Origin: Azolla caroliniana
Taxonomy: Eukaryota > Plantae > Polypodiophyta
NCBI GenBank assembly: GCA_043228905.1
Contig: JBHGNT010000016.1
Location: 10,354,001 to 10,418,000, forward strand
Direction: 5' to 3'
DNA: 64,000 nucleotides
Shown: positions 37,308-51,215 of the stretch, in pieces
How the letters are laid out: the number at the start of each line of letters is the position of its first letter
How positions within the stretch are numbered: the stretch's first letter is position 1
Notes under the pieces: model-generated
Told to the model about the DNA's origin: nothing
Seen by the model: only the letters and a program-made list of their open reading frames with translations
The model's database searches: none
Program-made: the position numbers and the translations under genes

Positions 37308-40300
37308 TGGAACTTAAACCATATGTTGTAGTGACTTCCAAAAATGGAAACCCACGCATCAAAAATCTCAGAGTTAGGGTTAGCCCTGGATGGGCGAGCT
37401 GCCTGCTGACATTCCTCGCTCGACATCACGTTGTTCGTCTCCTTCGACCAACTCTAATCGTCATTTTTACACTTCTTTCATCGAAGCATTCCCCAATGCG
37501 AGATCATCAGCTAGTTTTATACAATCAAATAACTGCCGCAAGAGTCCGTGACTGACTTCAGCTTGCGGTTCAAGGGTTTACGACTATAGCTAGCATGCGC
37601 TCCGACGGAGGACGTGGCAAAAGAAATATTTTTGGTGGCAGTATCTCGACCCCTCCTACCAACATTAAATATGCAAAATCTCATGGGCCAAACGACGGAT
37701 GCGATCATAGAACGACCATTGCAACTTGAGTTAGAAGAGGAGGACGATGGGATGTCTATGGCATCGCTCCATCAAGCACTACCCAGGGACGAGGAATACC
37801 ATTTCCACCAAGCCATTCAATGCACGATCTGCTTGAGCTCAAGGCACGCCGTGGTGGATTGTAATATGCAAATCCATTGCCCCATTAGTTATTCACGGGC
37901 GCACACGGTGGATCAGTGCGAATATAACATGCTAAATAGGCCCACACCGTCAGTCCGTAGTATGGAGCCTCAACGGCCTTACCACAACAACGACCAAGGC
38001 CGACACGAGGAGTGCTACCGTAACACGGAGCGGAATTAGTGTGCGGGAAGGCCAAACCGCCTTCGTCGCAACAACGATCCTTATTCGGAGGAAGAGGAGT
38101 ATCCGAGCAATGACCGCTACAATCCCCGGGCGTACCACCAAAAATCGCAGCGGACAGGCAGAACCCCTTTTGCACGGGGGTAATCACCAATCACAGAACC
38201 ACGATAACCACGATGAAAGCTTGGAGGAAGAATAGTGTCAGGATAGTCGTTGTGAATATAGCCAGAAGCCCCGCAACAACAGGTGCTTCTAGCGACTCCG
38301 GGTAGAACCGATGACACTTATGGAAACCACCGTAGCCCCGGTCATTGAAAAAGGTGAGTCCAGTGTGCACTGTTTAATTTGTAAATAATCAGGTCATCAC
38401 ACAACTCAATGCTCACGTTGCGATAAAGGGAAAGGGTCAGCGGTGAATACGATCACGTCAAACTTTCGATAGGTTACAACCCCCAGTAGGGCGAAAAACA
38501 CTGACTGGGCGGAACAAGACGAGATCCACAAACTTGCACGAGTTTGGGTAGAAAAGGCAAATGAAACTAATGTGGAACGCATTAGGCAAGAGTCGGGCCA
38601 CAATACCAGACATACAAAAGACACGGTATTGATGCAAGATCCGATATGGCAAACACTGGCCGATCGCGAAATTACACTGACCATGGACAAATTATTACGA
38701 CTTGTCCCTCGATTCTGACAAACCGTAGAAAATTATACAAAGTCTAGCACAGACCCAGTCATGGTTGATCACCACAATCTAGCCATCAAGGTGGTGTTGT
38801 AGGGGCAAGACATAACGAGATGCATTGTCGATGGCAGTTCCGAGGTGAATGTGATCAATAAAACCACATGTAACCGCCTCGGTATTACAGAATGGGAAGC
38901 GTGCCCATTTTGGCTCCGAATAGTAGACATTGTTCCGTCAGACCATTGGGGTTGGTCTGGAAGCTAAGGATCATAATTAGCAGTCATACCTTTGAAATTT
39001 CTGCCATTGTGTTGGCTTTGGACGTATCAGGGGTGTATCCTATCTTGTTAGGAAGACTATGGTTGCGTTCTGCTAATATCAAGCAAAACTAGCAGCACAA
39101 CTACATTAGCTTCCGACGAGGGCGAAGCAAGGTCCGGATACCAACACACGAAACCTCCGCCTGCAGGAAAGCAATAACGCCAAAGAAGTTAATATGTTGG
39201 AAGGGTTAGAGGATACGGAACTCGTGGCATACCTGGACGAAAATCCGCGGATAGGACCGTTGTTTGAGATACACGTACTCGAAACAACTAGTGTGTACGT
39301 CCCAACGAGTGCTCCGAACGAAGAAGACCACGAACCAGATCCTGAATCGGTGTTGGAACTGAGTAAAGCACGGGAGGCATTCGAGAGGGAAATGGAAATC
39401 TCGTGTAGAGTCACAATGTTGACCTTGGAGGAAATCAATGTAGGGTCAGCCGAGGCACCAAGGCTACTAATGATTGCAAAGGATCTGATGTAAAGGGAAA
39501 AAGTGGCCATGTCTGATTTATTACGGGAGTTTAAAGATGTCTTTGCATGGTCACATGATGACATGAAAGGGTTGGACCCAAAATTCTACCAACACAAAAT
39601 TAATTTGGCCACGAATACGAAATCAGTTCAACAGAGATGTTATTGTATGAACCCAAATTACGTGGCACGCGTAAAGGAGGAAATCGACAAACTCTTGAAA
39701 GTGGGGTTTATTCGGCCAGTAAAACAAGCCACATGGCTTAGCCCAATAGTGGTTGTACCAAAAAAAAATGGCAAAATCCGAGTGTGTGTCGATTACCGCA
39801 AGTTAAACTTCGTCACAATCATAGACGCATTCCCCTTGCCATTTATGGATAGTGTACTAGACGTGGTCGCAGGTCACGACATGTACAGTTTTCTGGATGG
39901 GTTTAGCGGGTATAACCAAATACGCATGCACCCTGAAGATCAGGAGAAAACTACTTTCGTAACTGAATGGGGCATCTTTGTGGTGGTGATAATGATGTTC
40001 GGATTAAAAACCGCTCTAGCCACGTTCCAACGCGCCATTGCAGAGAATTTTTGTGAGTCACTTCATCCCTGCGTTCATGCAAGTCTTCCTCGATGCGAGT
40101 GGATCACTTGAGCCATCTAAGGCTATGTTTAGAACAATGTCGTACATCGCAGCTCAGTCTCAATCCGGCCAAGTGTGCATTCGGGATTACAAGCGGAGCC
40201 CTTTTCAGGCAAATAGTGAGCAAGGACGGTATTGTGGTGGATCCCGGCAAAATCGAAGCCATAGTCGAGGCTAAAAACCCTAGTAATGCAAAGGCCCTTA

Positions 40301-40321
40301 GCCATTTTTGGGGCAAATCTG
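37308..40321 (+). mobile_element. Family E gypsy internal fragment (gag-PR-RT), degenerate
   Basis: CTICLSSRHAVVDC; IVDGSSEVNVI; DVFAWSHDDMKGLDPKFYQH; LDGFSGYNQI. Confidence 0.85.
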
Positions 40322-42351
40322 TATTGTCAGCCAGAATTGTAACCGCCGGATATAATGCGTAAAATATGAAAAATGTATTAGAAGCGTTAAGGAGAGAGAT
40401 GTAACGGTTCACGTGAGAAGTGTGACTGGCTGAACGCCCTAGGTATATAAAGGGTAGAAATCCTCTGTAAGAGGTAGCGTGTAATTTTTGAGCATGAGGT
40501 TTTTTCTAATAGAATCTTATCTTCTGTGTCTGTGCAACCCATGTGGTCTTGTGTAATCTCTATGTTATTCGTAAGTGCGTCTCTATAAGCATAGGGTAAG
40601 AGTTAACGTAGTAGCACACTTCGGTTCTCAATCGTAGCTATGAACCTTCACCCATAGATACACATTATTACGTAACTAATGGATTACGACTGCAATCAGC
40701 ATTTTTGCGATTTTTCCATAGAAGGGTACTGCAACGAGAGATTATTGGGCAATTTTACACCAACAGAATCCGTCGCGGATTTTAGTCTACGATTCCAAAG
40801 TCTACGACGACAACTTACACGGGCCCCAAAAGATGAGGAACCTAAGGAGACATTTTTGGTAGCCCTCCGACGACCTATCAGAACAATGTTGAACATGCAT
40901 AGTGTGAAAGGGGAAACAACCGATATGGTTATCGAGCGAGCATTACAGCTCGAATTGGAAGCAGAAGATGACGGATTTTCTATGTCATCGTTATGCCAGG
41001 CATTGCCTCAGGACGAGGAACACCGCTTCGCCAGACTATTCAGTGCACGATCTGTCTCAACTTTGGGCATTCCACAGTGGAATGCAGTATGCGTATTCAT
41101 TGCCAATTTGTCACTCAAAGGCACACACGGTCGAGCAGTGTAAATACAATATGCTTAATAGACCTACACCCACGGTACGACACGTAGAACCACAACAGCC
41201 ACTTCGCCGAAATGAACAAGGGCGACAAGAGGAACGACCCCGATATACAAAACGAAATCCACGCAAAGACTGTCATTATCGTAATCGCCGAAGTAGCAAC
41301 TTATATTCCGATGAAGAGGAATTGGAGGACGAAGAATATCGGGGCAACAACCGATATAATAAAGGGGGCCTTTGTTATAACAATCGACATTTTGCAACCA
41401 ATTGCGGGGGATTCAATGGACCACGGCTACAGGGACATAATAGGCAGTATAAGGACCAACGTCGGTATGAGGAAATTTCGGAAGATGAGGGGCGCCAGGA
41501 GACGCATTGCGAACCCCGGCACCCACCACGGATTAACAAGAGGCTTCAACAAAATCGAGATGAACAAGCAATAGCCACGGAAACGGCTACACCGCTAGAA
41601 AGAGAGACAGGCGAGTCGAGTGTCCATTCTTTCATATGCCAACAACTCGGACATTATGCGACTCAGTGTCCACTTCGCAAGGGCAAAGGACCCGTCGTAA
41701 ATACGATTACGGCGGAAGTTCAGCAAGTGACAACACGGCAACAAACCAAGAACGCGGACTGGGTTGTACAAGAGGAGATACGCAAAGCGGCCCAAGCCTG
41801 GGCAGAAAAAGCTAACGTGGCAAATACGAAACGTATGAGGCAGGAATCCGCGAACAACTTACCGACGAGAGAAGATACACCATCACCGGATTCCAGATGG
41901 CAGGCACTAGCAGGACTGCGAGATAATGATGAACATGGAGAAGCTCCTCAGACTGGTTCCGCGATTCCGACAAGCAGTGGAGAAGCGCATTACGGGCACA
42001 TTTGGGATAGATGTCTCGACAAATTTTGCAGAAACCAGTTCCGGTCCAACGGTAGTAGACCATCACAACCCAGCCATTAAACTGGTGATGTAGGGTCAAG
42101 AAGTCGACGGATGTATAGTCGATGGGGGTTCCGACGTCAATGTCATTAGTAGGACTACATGCGAACGATTAGGAATTTCGAATTGGGAAGTTTTCCCTTT
42201 CTGGCTTCGCATGGCAGACACCAGATATGTCTGACCCTTAGGGTTGATCCGGAAATTAGGCATTATCCTCGGCGGTCATCGTTTTGACATTTTGGTAGTG
42301 GTATTGGCACTTAACACGCCAGGAGCATACCCAATATTGCTCGGCAGGCCG
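40322..42351 (+). mobile_element. Family E gypsy fragment: partial LTR 40322-~40680 joined to gag-PR
   Basis: The LTR start and TATA block resemble the reverse complement of 36879; gag knuckles; IVDGGSDVNVIS. Confidence 0.8.
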
Positions 42352-45300
42352 TGACTCCTTCACGAAAAAGTGTTGGTCGATCTCGACGTCCTTGACCTTT
42401 ACTCGGACATTTGGGCATGCCCTGTGTAGCTTCTCCATGGCACAGGTCGCCGCGCGTATTTTCCACCTGTGCTTGGTGTTGATCGGCCACTTCCCCTTTT
42501 TGTAGAAGTCCAAGGACATTAGGTTGATCTCGGATCCATGGTCAATCAAAGCCACCACCGGCTCTTTCACGTCCCCGATCCAGACCAGTGTTTCCATTGT
42601 CACTCTCGCCCAATGCGACCTCATGGAGTGGCTCTCCAAAAATTCATCTTCCGTCGCCACCTCGTCGATGTGGGTTGCCCTCACCTCCACAGGTTTCTCT
42701 GGCTCTGGCTCCATCGAGAGCCGCTTTCGCTTCACCAGGTCCACGATGGAGTCACGGAATTCTTTCTTGGCAATCCCCAGTACCTCCCTCAGGGTGAGCT
42801 CTACTCGGCTCTCAAGGATTCATTCCTCCAGGACCTTCCGCAAGTCCGTTGCTCTCTCTATTTCCGAGCTCAACTGGAATCCTGGCATTTTAATCTTCTC
42901 ACGTGGACCTACCGAGCCTCCGTCACATTTCTTCGGCCCGTTCCGGGTCTTGTACTAGCTCGAGGGGCCTTTCCAATCCATTTATCTTCCACCAGAACCT
43001 CGTAGTTCTGGCACGCGACTTCCACGAAGCTGGTTTTCTCTTCTACCGGATCGTCCCATCCGGTGCCCTCTTGGATCCGCCTCTGTGCACGGTCCGCCTC
43101 TTCCTTCCGCACCTTTACCCCGGAAAGTCCTTCCAACACCAGCGGCCGAAACCCGGAGTCTCTTGTCATCTTGCTATCCTCACCTCCGACACAGATGTCG
43201 ACTAACGCCGAATAATGGACAGTTTCAGCATGTTGTGTCGTAGCCTCCTCAATTACCCTTTTCATCCCGCCACGGCCAATATTTACCTCCAAAGGTCTCC
43301 ACGTATCGTTGGCGTGTACCTGACCATTCCAAAGGTACACCAATGTTGCTCTTAAGTGCCTCCACGAAATTGGCACAATCCCTCCGAATGTGGCCGACAG
43401 CGTCACACCACATGCACCGTTGGTTTACCAGAGGCCTCCGGTCACGCGACTGTCCCCCACTATCTCTCCATGCTTGCGCGAGCGACCTGGAGATCACGCA
43501 CCATCCTCATCAACTCCTCTAGAGCCGCTATTGGGGACAAGGCCGTCAATGCGGAAGTGCAAGCAGCATTCGTGATGAAGAAGAACCTGTGTATGCATGA
43601 GCAAGATAGACACAGAGGGAGAGGGAGAGAGAGAGGCACAAAGGAAACATTATATTCCCATTGCAACAGTTACAAATGACAACCAACCTTCACTAAAGGT
43701 TACAAAGTCACTTTATATAGTGACTATCCTAGGGCAACTTCCCTTTATGCTATTTACAGAAATAGCCTGAACTTGGGCTGTCCAAAGGGACAATGTGAAT
43801 ACGGCCATTATACACTCGTATTCGACACTCCCCCGTAATGGGCGTATACATGGGTTATCTTAAAGAATTACAAGTATATATACAAGGTTTATAGGACAGA
43901 TCGGTTTGTCAGAGTCGGCAAGATCTGAAGACAGAAGACCGAATCGGTCGGGTCGGAAGAGCTAAAGCCGATCCTCAGAGAACCAATGTCGGTGGTCCGA
44001 AACCATCCTGTGTTGTGTGTCCGACTTTAACTGGACCGATTTTTCGTTACGCCCATCTGGTGCCGAAGGGACCGGAAACAATCCGCCGAAAGACATTTGG
44101 TCATTCCATCTACGACATTATCGGTTGTGGATATCTTCTCGAGACCGATTTTCCCTGAAAGGATGCAGTCCCGAACGAAGTGATATTGAACGTTGATATG
44201 CTTAGAGGCGTTGTGGTGAACCGGATTTTTTGATAAAGCAACAACACCCTGACTATCGTTGTAGACAACTAGAGCCAAGTCGGAGTCGACCTGTCGAAAC
44301 GTGTGCGCCAGCCGACCGAGCCATAAAGCTTCTTTTGCCGCGTCGGACGTAGCTACATATTCCACTTCGGTAATTGAGGTGATTGTGCACTCCTGAAGTT
44401 TTGACTTCCACGAGATTGCTCCATTGTCGAATTTGAAACAGTATTCGGTTGTTGATTTCCGAGTCCGAGTCGGTGTAACCGACTACGCTTGAGGTTGAGT
44501 TTGGACCAAAAAGAATGCCATGGTCTTTTGTGCAAGCTAGATATCTGAACACATGCTTGACTATGTTCCAGTGCGATCGGTCGGGGTTGTGCATGAATCT
44601 ACTGACGACTCCTACGGCGTGAGAAATATCAGGCCGTGTCGCGACCATCATGAGGGAGCCGACTGCCGGTGCATACGGTACCAACTTCATATCTTCCCCC
44701 TCCAAACCGGATGTCAGACAGTCTCGCTGAGACAGCCGAAGGTTAATGGGGAGCGGGGTTGAAGCAGACTTGGCCGATTGCATGTTGAAGCATTCTAAGA
44801 CACATCCGATGTAGTCGGTTTGAGACAAGAAAAGTTGTCATGTATCGCGATACCGACTAATCTTCATACCAAGTATGTGTCTTGCCGGACCGAGGTCCTT
44901 CATGGCAAACTTCAACCACAGTTGCCGAACGAGTTCAATGAGCTCTCCGGCATGCCGACCGGAGAGTAGCATGTCGTCCATGTAGATGATGAGGAAGATG
45001 GGAGACCCCTCTTGAGTTGTTTTGGTGAAGAGACAGTGGTCCTCATTGCTCTTTGAGAAGCCGACCGATTGGATGAAGTCATCGAACTTCTTGTACCACT
45101 GTCGGGGTGACTGTTTCAGGCCGTAGAGACTCTTCTTGAGTCGACAGACTAGATGTTCCTGGCCGGATGCCACAAAGCCTTTCGGCTGCTCCATATAGAT
45201 TTCCTCCTGTAGGTCACTGTGGAGGAATGCCATTTTTACATCTAGCTGAATCAGTTCCAAGTTGTCGACGGCCACGATGCCGAGCATGAAACAAAGGGTC

Positions 45301-48300
45301 GTCATTTTCACCACTGGTGAAAAGATTTCGTCGAAGTCGACGCCATATTCTTGTCGAAATCCCTTCGCAACTAATCTAGCCTTGTACTTTGGGGTGGTCG
45401 AGTCGGACGTCTCTTTTAGTCGATAGACCCACTTACACGGAAGAGCACGTCGATTCTTCGGTAATTCGACCAAGTCCCAAGTCTTGTTTGTCCGAATGGA
45501 GTGCATTTGCGACTCCATCGCCAAATGCCTTCTTTGTAAGACGTCGGTTCGCCGGCATCGGTAAAGAAAATTCTAGGAGAGTACCTCTCCGGAGGTTGCG
45601 ACAGTCTCTCGAATCTGCGAGGTATGACTGGACTAGTCGCACCGGGTGTCAATGTTAGATGGTCGGGAGCCGAGCCATTCGGCATACCAAATCAGTGGAT
45701 TCGGTGCGAGAGTTGTCAGTTAACCGTGAAACTGATCTCGTGTTGTGGGTTGGGCTGTCATGAAGGGTTGGCACTTCGGAAAATATTACCCTTCAGACTT
45801 CAATAGGCCTTTCGGTCGTTTTATGCATAGCCGACTCGTTGAACACGACGTCCGAACTTCAGACGATTTGTCTGTGCTCGGGGTCCCAGAGTCGGTATCT
45901 GATCTCGCCGTCGGGTCCATATCCAAGAAAAACACATTTCCTTGACCTTGGTTCGAGTTTCCGGCGGTCGTCTTTCGGTATGAGAGCATACGCCTCGCAA
46001 TCGAAGATCCTCAGTTTGTCATAATTAGGCTTACTACCGGTCCATATTTCCTGAGGTATTTGAAGTCCTAGAGGTCTACTTGGCGACATATTTATTATGT
46101 GTACTGCCATAAGTAGAGCCTCCGCCCAAAAGCCATCCAACAGTCCGGAGTGTTGGAGCATGGATACTACACGTTCTTGAATCGTCTGATTCATGCGTTT
46201 AGCAATTCCATTCTGCTCTGGACTATAGGGTGCCATATATTCACGTCGAATACAGCGTTCCCAACAGAATTTGACGAATTCTGCAGACTTGAATTCTCCT
46301 CCATTGCCGGTTTGGAGACATTTCAGTTTCCGACCGGTCTGATTTTCGACCATTGCAAGCTATTCGGAGAAGATCGAGAACACCCAATCTTTGGTTCTTA
46401 TGAGGTAAGCCCACACGTTCCGAGTCGAGTCATCAATAAAACTGACGAAGTACGAAGCACCGCCGAGACACTGATGTGGCATCGGGCCACAGACGTCCGA
46501 GTGAACCAAATCGAGGTGACTCGATTTTCTTGGTGCTGATGTCGGGTGTGATGTGGCTACCTGTTTGCTGTACTGGCAATGCTCGCAGAATTGGTGATCC
46601 GAGAAGGAGAGCTTGGGGATGTAACCGGCTCTGGATAGGTGCGTTATGTCGGCCTTGCCGAGGTGTCCAAGTCATCCGTGCCATAACGATGACACGGGGA
46701 TATCAACAAAAAATATGTCACCCTCTTTGAGTGTGACATATAAAGGATACAAGGAATGGACCTTTGGTCCTTGAGCAAGCAGGAGGTTCCCTTTGTGGAG
46801 TGTCCACCCTCCTGATGAGAATCCGGCACGGATGCCGGCTTCGTCAAGTTGTCTGACTGAGATCAAGGGACTTGAGAGCTCAGGAACGTGTCGGACGTTG
46901 TGTAGCATGAGGGTAGAACCCCCCAGAAGGTTGAGCTCTACGGTGTTGATTCCGATTATAGCACAGTGCTGTGAGTTTCTGACTCAAACTGAGTCGGAGT
47001 GCCGGTCTGAGTATTGCCGAAACTAAGATCGGTGAGGTGTCACATGATATGATGCGCCCGAGTCCAGGAGCCATGTGCTCAATTCCTCAGTCGTAAGTAG
47101 AACTTCTGATTCGACTAGGTTCTCTATGGACAGTATGTTCGGGTCGGTCGTCAAAATTTCGGCTGAACAACCGACGTAGTTGACCTCCTCATGTTGGCTA
47201 CTCTTCTTATCCACTCTCTGAGCTTTGTCGGTTTTTGCTTTGAGTGCCCGGCAGTCAGCTTTGATGTGTCCCGGTTTCTTGCAGTAGTTGCAGATTCGGT
47301 TGTCCCGTGACTTGCTCCGGCTTCGTTGATTGTTCGGCGGTCGAGAAGAACTTCTTCCCTGGTTGTTCGATCGGTTGGTCGAACCTTGTACTACGTAAGC
47401 TTCATCTGCCGAGTCTTTGGCGAAAGACTTTCTCCGAGCTGCTTCAGTTAGGATTGCGCTCGTGACTTCGGAGTACTTAACGACAGTTGTTGAAGCATTG
47501 CACACAGTTCTAACAAAAGTTTCCCATGAAGAGGGGAGACTACTCATGAGTATCATTGCTCTGAGTTCATCCTCGATTTCCGTCCCCTGAGACGAGATTT
47601 GGGAGCTTATGCTTTCATACTCGTTGACGTGTGCCTGAACCGAATTAGATTCTTTCATCCGCAAGTTGTAGAGGCGCCGGATCAGATACATCTTCGTTAC
47701 GACAACCTTCTTTTCATAAGTTTCCGACAGTGTTTTCCAAAGTTCAAACATTGTCGTGCATGATTGCACTGTGAAGTACACTGACTCCGACAAGTGCATC
47801 CGAATCGTGGCGCGGACGATTCTGTCCAGCTTTAGCCACTCATTTGCCTTGTATGCTTCTGGAGGATTTTTCTCAATCGGGTCTATCTGACCCTTGACTA
47901 TGAGATAGTCCTGCATTTGTTCATTCCAGAAGTAACCGTCGAACCTCCTTAGACTCATCTCCGATGAGCCGGATGTTGATGCCATCTGCTTCAGTTTCGG
48001 TTGGTAAGACTCGGTTCGGAGTTGACTACGAACCTTAGTGGGGTGCAGCCGGTCGGCTCACCCGATATCGTTCTAGTCGGTTTTGAACCCAAGTCGGTTT
48101 CGTTTCGGATACTTGTTGCTGAACTTGCTCGGAGTGACTCCGGTAACTTGAGGAACAAAACCAACTGGTCTTCCCGAATGTTGTCGAGTCGGAGTGAGCC
48201 CGGTTAGTTTTTGATTGTATGCCGAATACCAATTACATGAAACCGATTGTTTGGGCCGATTCTGCTTCGGATGACTGTAGCGATGAGAGGGACGAATCCA

Positions 48301-50587
48301 ACTGATCCTCCCGAATGTCGATCAGCCGAGTGAAGCACGAAGTGGTTGTTGCCAGGAGACCAATCTGCAGCAGGTGGTTACAGCAAGCGGGTGAATAGCG
48401 TCTGGTGACCTATTCGGATGTTGTTTAACCGAATGAAGCACGATTGGGTCAGTTGTTGCTCAAGGAGCTCCCCTCAAGCGGTTACAATCACAAGAACAAA
48501 GTACAACCGACTAGCTTACTCCAATTTGTGATTTAACACAGTGAGATGCGAGCTTTTTGTTTTTCTTCTCCCTTCTCTGTTCTTCAAAGAAAACGAAAAC
48601 AGAATGTTGTGTTGTACGATGACGGCCAACAACGGGTTGAAGAACCTCCAACGCTCTGATACCAAATGTTGGGGACAAGGCCGTCAATGCGAAAGTGCAA
48701 GCAGCATTCGTGATGAAGAAGAACCTGTGTATGCATGAGCAAGATAGACACAGAGGGAGAGAGAGAGAGAGAGGCACAAAGGAAACGTTATATTCCAATA
48801 GCAATAGTTACAAATGACAACCAACCTTCACTAAAGGTTACAAAGTCACTTTATATAGTGGCTATCCTAGGGTAACTGCCCTTTATGATATTTACAGAAA
48901 TAGCCTGAACTTGGGTTGTCCAAAGGGACAGTGTGAATACGGCCATTATACACTCGTATTCGACAGTTGTGCCCCTAGATGGGCCGTTGACCACATCAGT
49001 CGGAACCACGCCTGACTCGATCCAACTTGGCATCTCTTCCATCCGAGCCAAAATCAGTTCTTCTAGCCTTTTCCCCGTGGCCGGGCCTGCTGCCGATGGA
49101 GTTGCATCACTCCACTCACGCCGTTTGTCGAAACGGCTACAAAACCTTTTCACCACGGCCCAATCAATCGTGAGTCCTTCATCCGTCTCCAGCAAGAGAC
49201 CCACCTTCTCCTAATCAAGTGCGTCAACCGACTTAATGAATAGTATGACCCTACTTGTATCGAGCACGGTCCGGTCTAGAGCCGAGAGCCGAGCAAATCG
49301 TTTTTTGAACTCTTGGAGGAGCACCGATGTGTCCCTCGATTTCCCAGGGCTCTCAACCCACTCCATGAATTCGCACTTCGACAATCACAGAGAGTCAGCA
49401 AACCCATATCGTTCAAGGAGTCGCTCCTCGAACTCTGCCCAATTCCTGCACACCATCTGCACCTCGAGCACCTCTGCGTGGATGCTCGACATTGCCACCC
49501 GTGGGAATCCGAAGAGCCGCCTATCTTCCAAAATAGATCCCTCATTATCATTTCCACCCTATAGACCTTCAGGTATTTTGTCATGTCCTTCTCGTTGAAC
49601 TGGCCTATCATACTGACTATCGCTTCTATGGCCCTGTCGAGGGTACCCGTGCATTCACTGTACGGTCGACGGCTGCCGCCATCACCTCCGCCAGTTCACT
49701 TCCCCTCATTTCGGACTCTTCTGCCACCTCTTTCACGTTAGGTTCACCAAGATGTCGCGATATTCCACATGCACATGCTAGAACGGGAGGGATGCAGAGG
49801 TCTCGGACCAAGGTGTTGGAAAGGAAGAAGGGGGGCTCGTGTTACAGTTCGGTTAGCTTCTCCGGATCGGTCCGTGTAGTTATGCTGGTCCAGGCCCAGT
49901 AGGGAAACCGAGAAGCAGCGGCAAGCGCATGGCTTGCGGACTCGGATGTGCACGCAACAAGGGTCGGAACAGGACTTAAGACGCGAGCTCGGGAACAGTT
50001 AACACACAACAAGTAAGAACATCACAGAAACCCCAACACGAGAGGGAACTCAATCGACAAGTGATTAGTAGAGAACTAAGGAGTACAGCCGGGCGCAGCC
50101 GGTGATGAAACCAAGCACTCACGAGAGACGCTCACACACATAGGGAAACGGAATGAAGAACCTCTAGTCGGGAGCTCACGGACTTCCTGCGCGAGCAGAG
50201 GTTTCCTTCCAGAACTGGGCACAAGACAAAGAGAGAGAGAGAGAGAGTTCGACACTCAAACTAGCAGTAGTTCATCCTCCCAAAAACGTTGATCCATGTT
50301 CAGTCCTCTCTCCCTCCTTTTATAGACCAAGGAGAGAGAGGGTTGTCACATCAGGTAATTAAGTCAGTTGCTTCAGAAAGAGATTTCCTCGATCTCCTTG
50401 CGTTAGACTCCCTACCTTCTTCTCTATCCGTGCGGGACCTTAGAGTAGCCATTAAATCCTATTCTCTAGTCGGACGTTATTTACATGTGTTCATACATAG
50501 AGACTCAATGTTGGTCTTCACCTGTGTAAGCACCCGTTCCGGCGCGTCCGGGTTTGTTTCGCTTTGTAGCTAGAACTTCCCACGACA
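42352..50587 (-). mobile_element. Family D gypsy 5' part: LTR 49753-50587, tRNA-Trp PBS 49732-49749, gag-PR; split by the copia at 43529-48965
   Basis: TGTCG...CGACA LTR; PBS TGGTGAACCTAACGTGAA; gag homologous to 6821; knuckle CMWCDAVGHIRRDC; protease ALIDHGSEINLMS. Confidence 0.87.
43529..48965 (-). mobile_element. Family B Ty1/copia, full length but degenerate (LTRs 48667-48965 and 43529-43827, 299 bp)
   Basis: iMet PBS at 48653-48664; PPT GGGGGAG; gag-PR-INT-RT-RH with many stops and indels; TSD GCCGC/GTTGT (three C>T changes, and the host frame supports a 5-bp TSD). Confidence 0.93.
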
Positions 50588-51215
50588 ACATAAGCAAAGG
50601 CCTCCTCAACGTCATACATTCGGATGTATGGGGACCAGCTCAAATGTCGTTATTACGTCACCTTCATCAACGACTACTCCCCCTACACATGGATCTTCCC
50701 AATGAAGAAGAAGAGCGAAGTGCTCGCACACTTCCAAAATCTCAAGAGCCAAGTCAAAAAAGAAACCGGTCAGCACATTCGATGCCTACGATCAGATGGA
50801 GGCAAGGAGTACTTCTTCGACGAATTCATCTCCTACCTCCAAGGTGAAGGCATTTGAAGAGAATTCTCATGCCGACACACACCCCAACAAAATGGAGTCG
50901 CCGAAAGGAAGAATCAGCACATACTCAAGGTAGCACGCGTCGTGATGCATGAAAAGCACATGCTAAACTTCTATTGGGCCGAAGCAGCATCCTCAGCCAT
51001 CTATCTCATGAATCAATGCACCACTAATAGAGTGCATGAGCTAACTCCATACGAGCTCCTTGTCGGAAGGAAGTCGATCCTGTCGCACCTCAAAGACTTC
51101 GGAAGCATTGCTAATGTATGCATCCCGAGTGAGAAACAACAAAAGCCCGACGTGAAGTCAGAGAAATGTATCCTCATAGGATACTCATCCGAGAAAAATG
51201 CATACAAGTGCTAGA

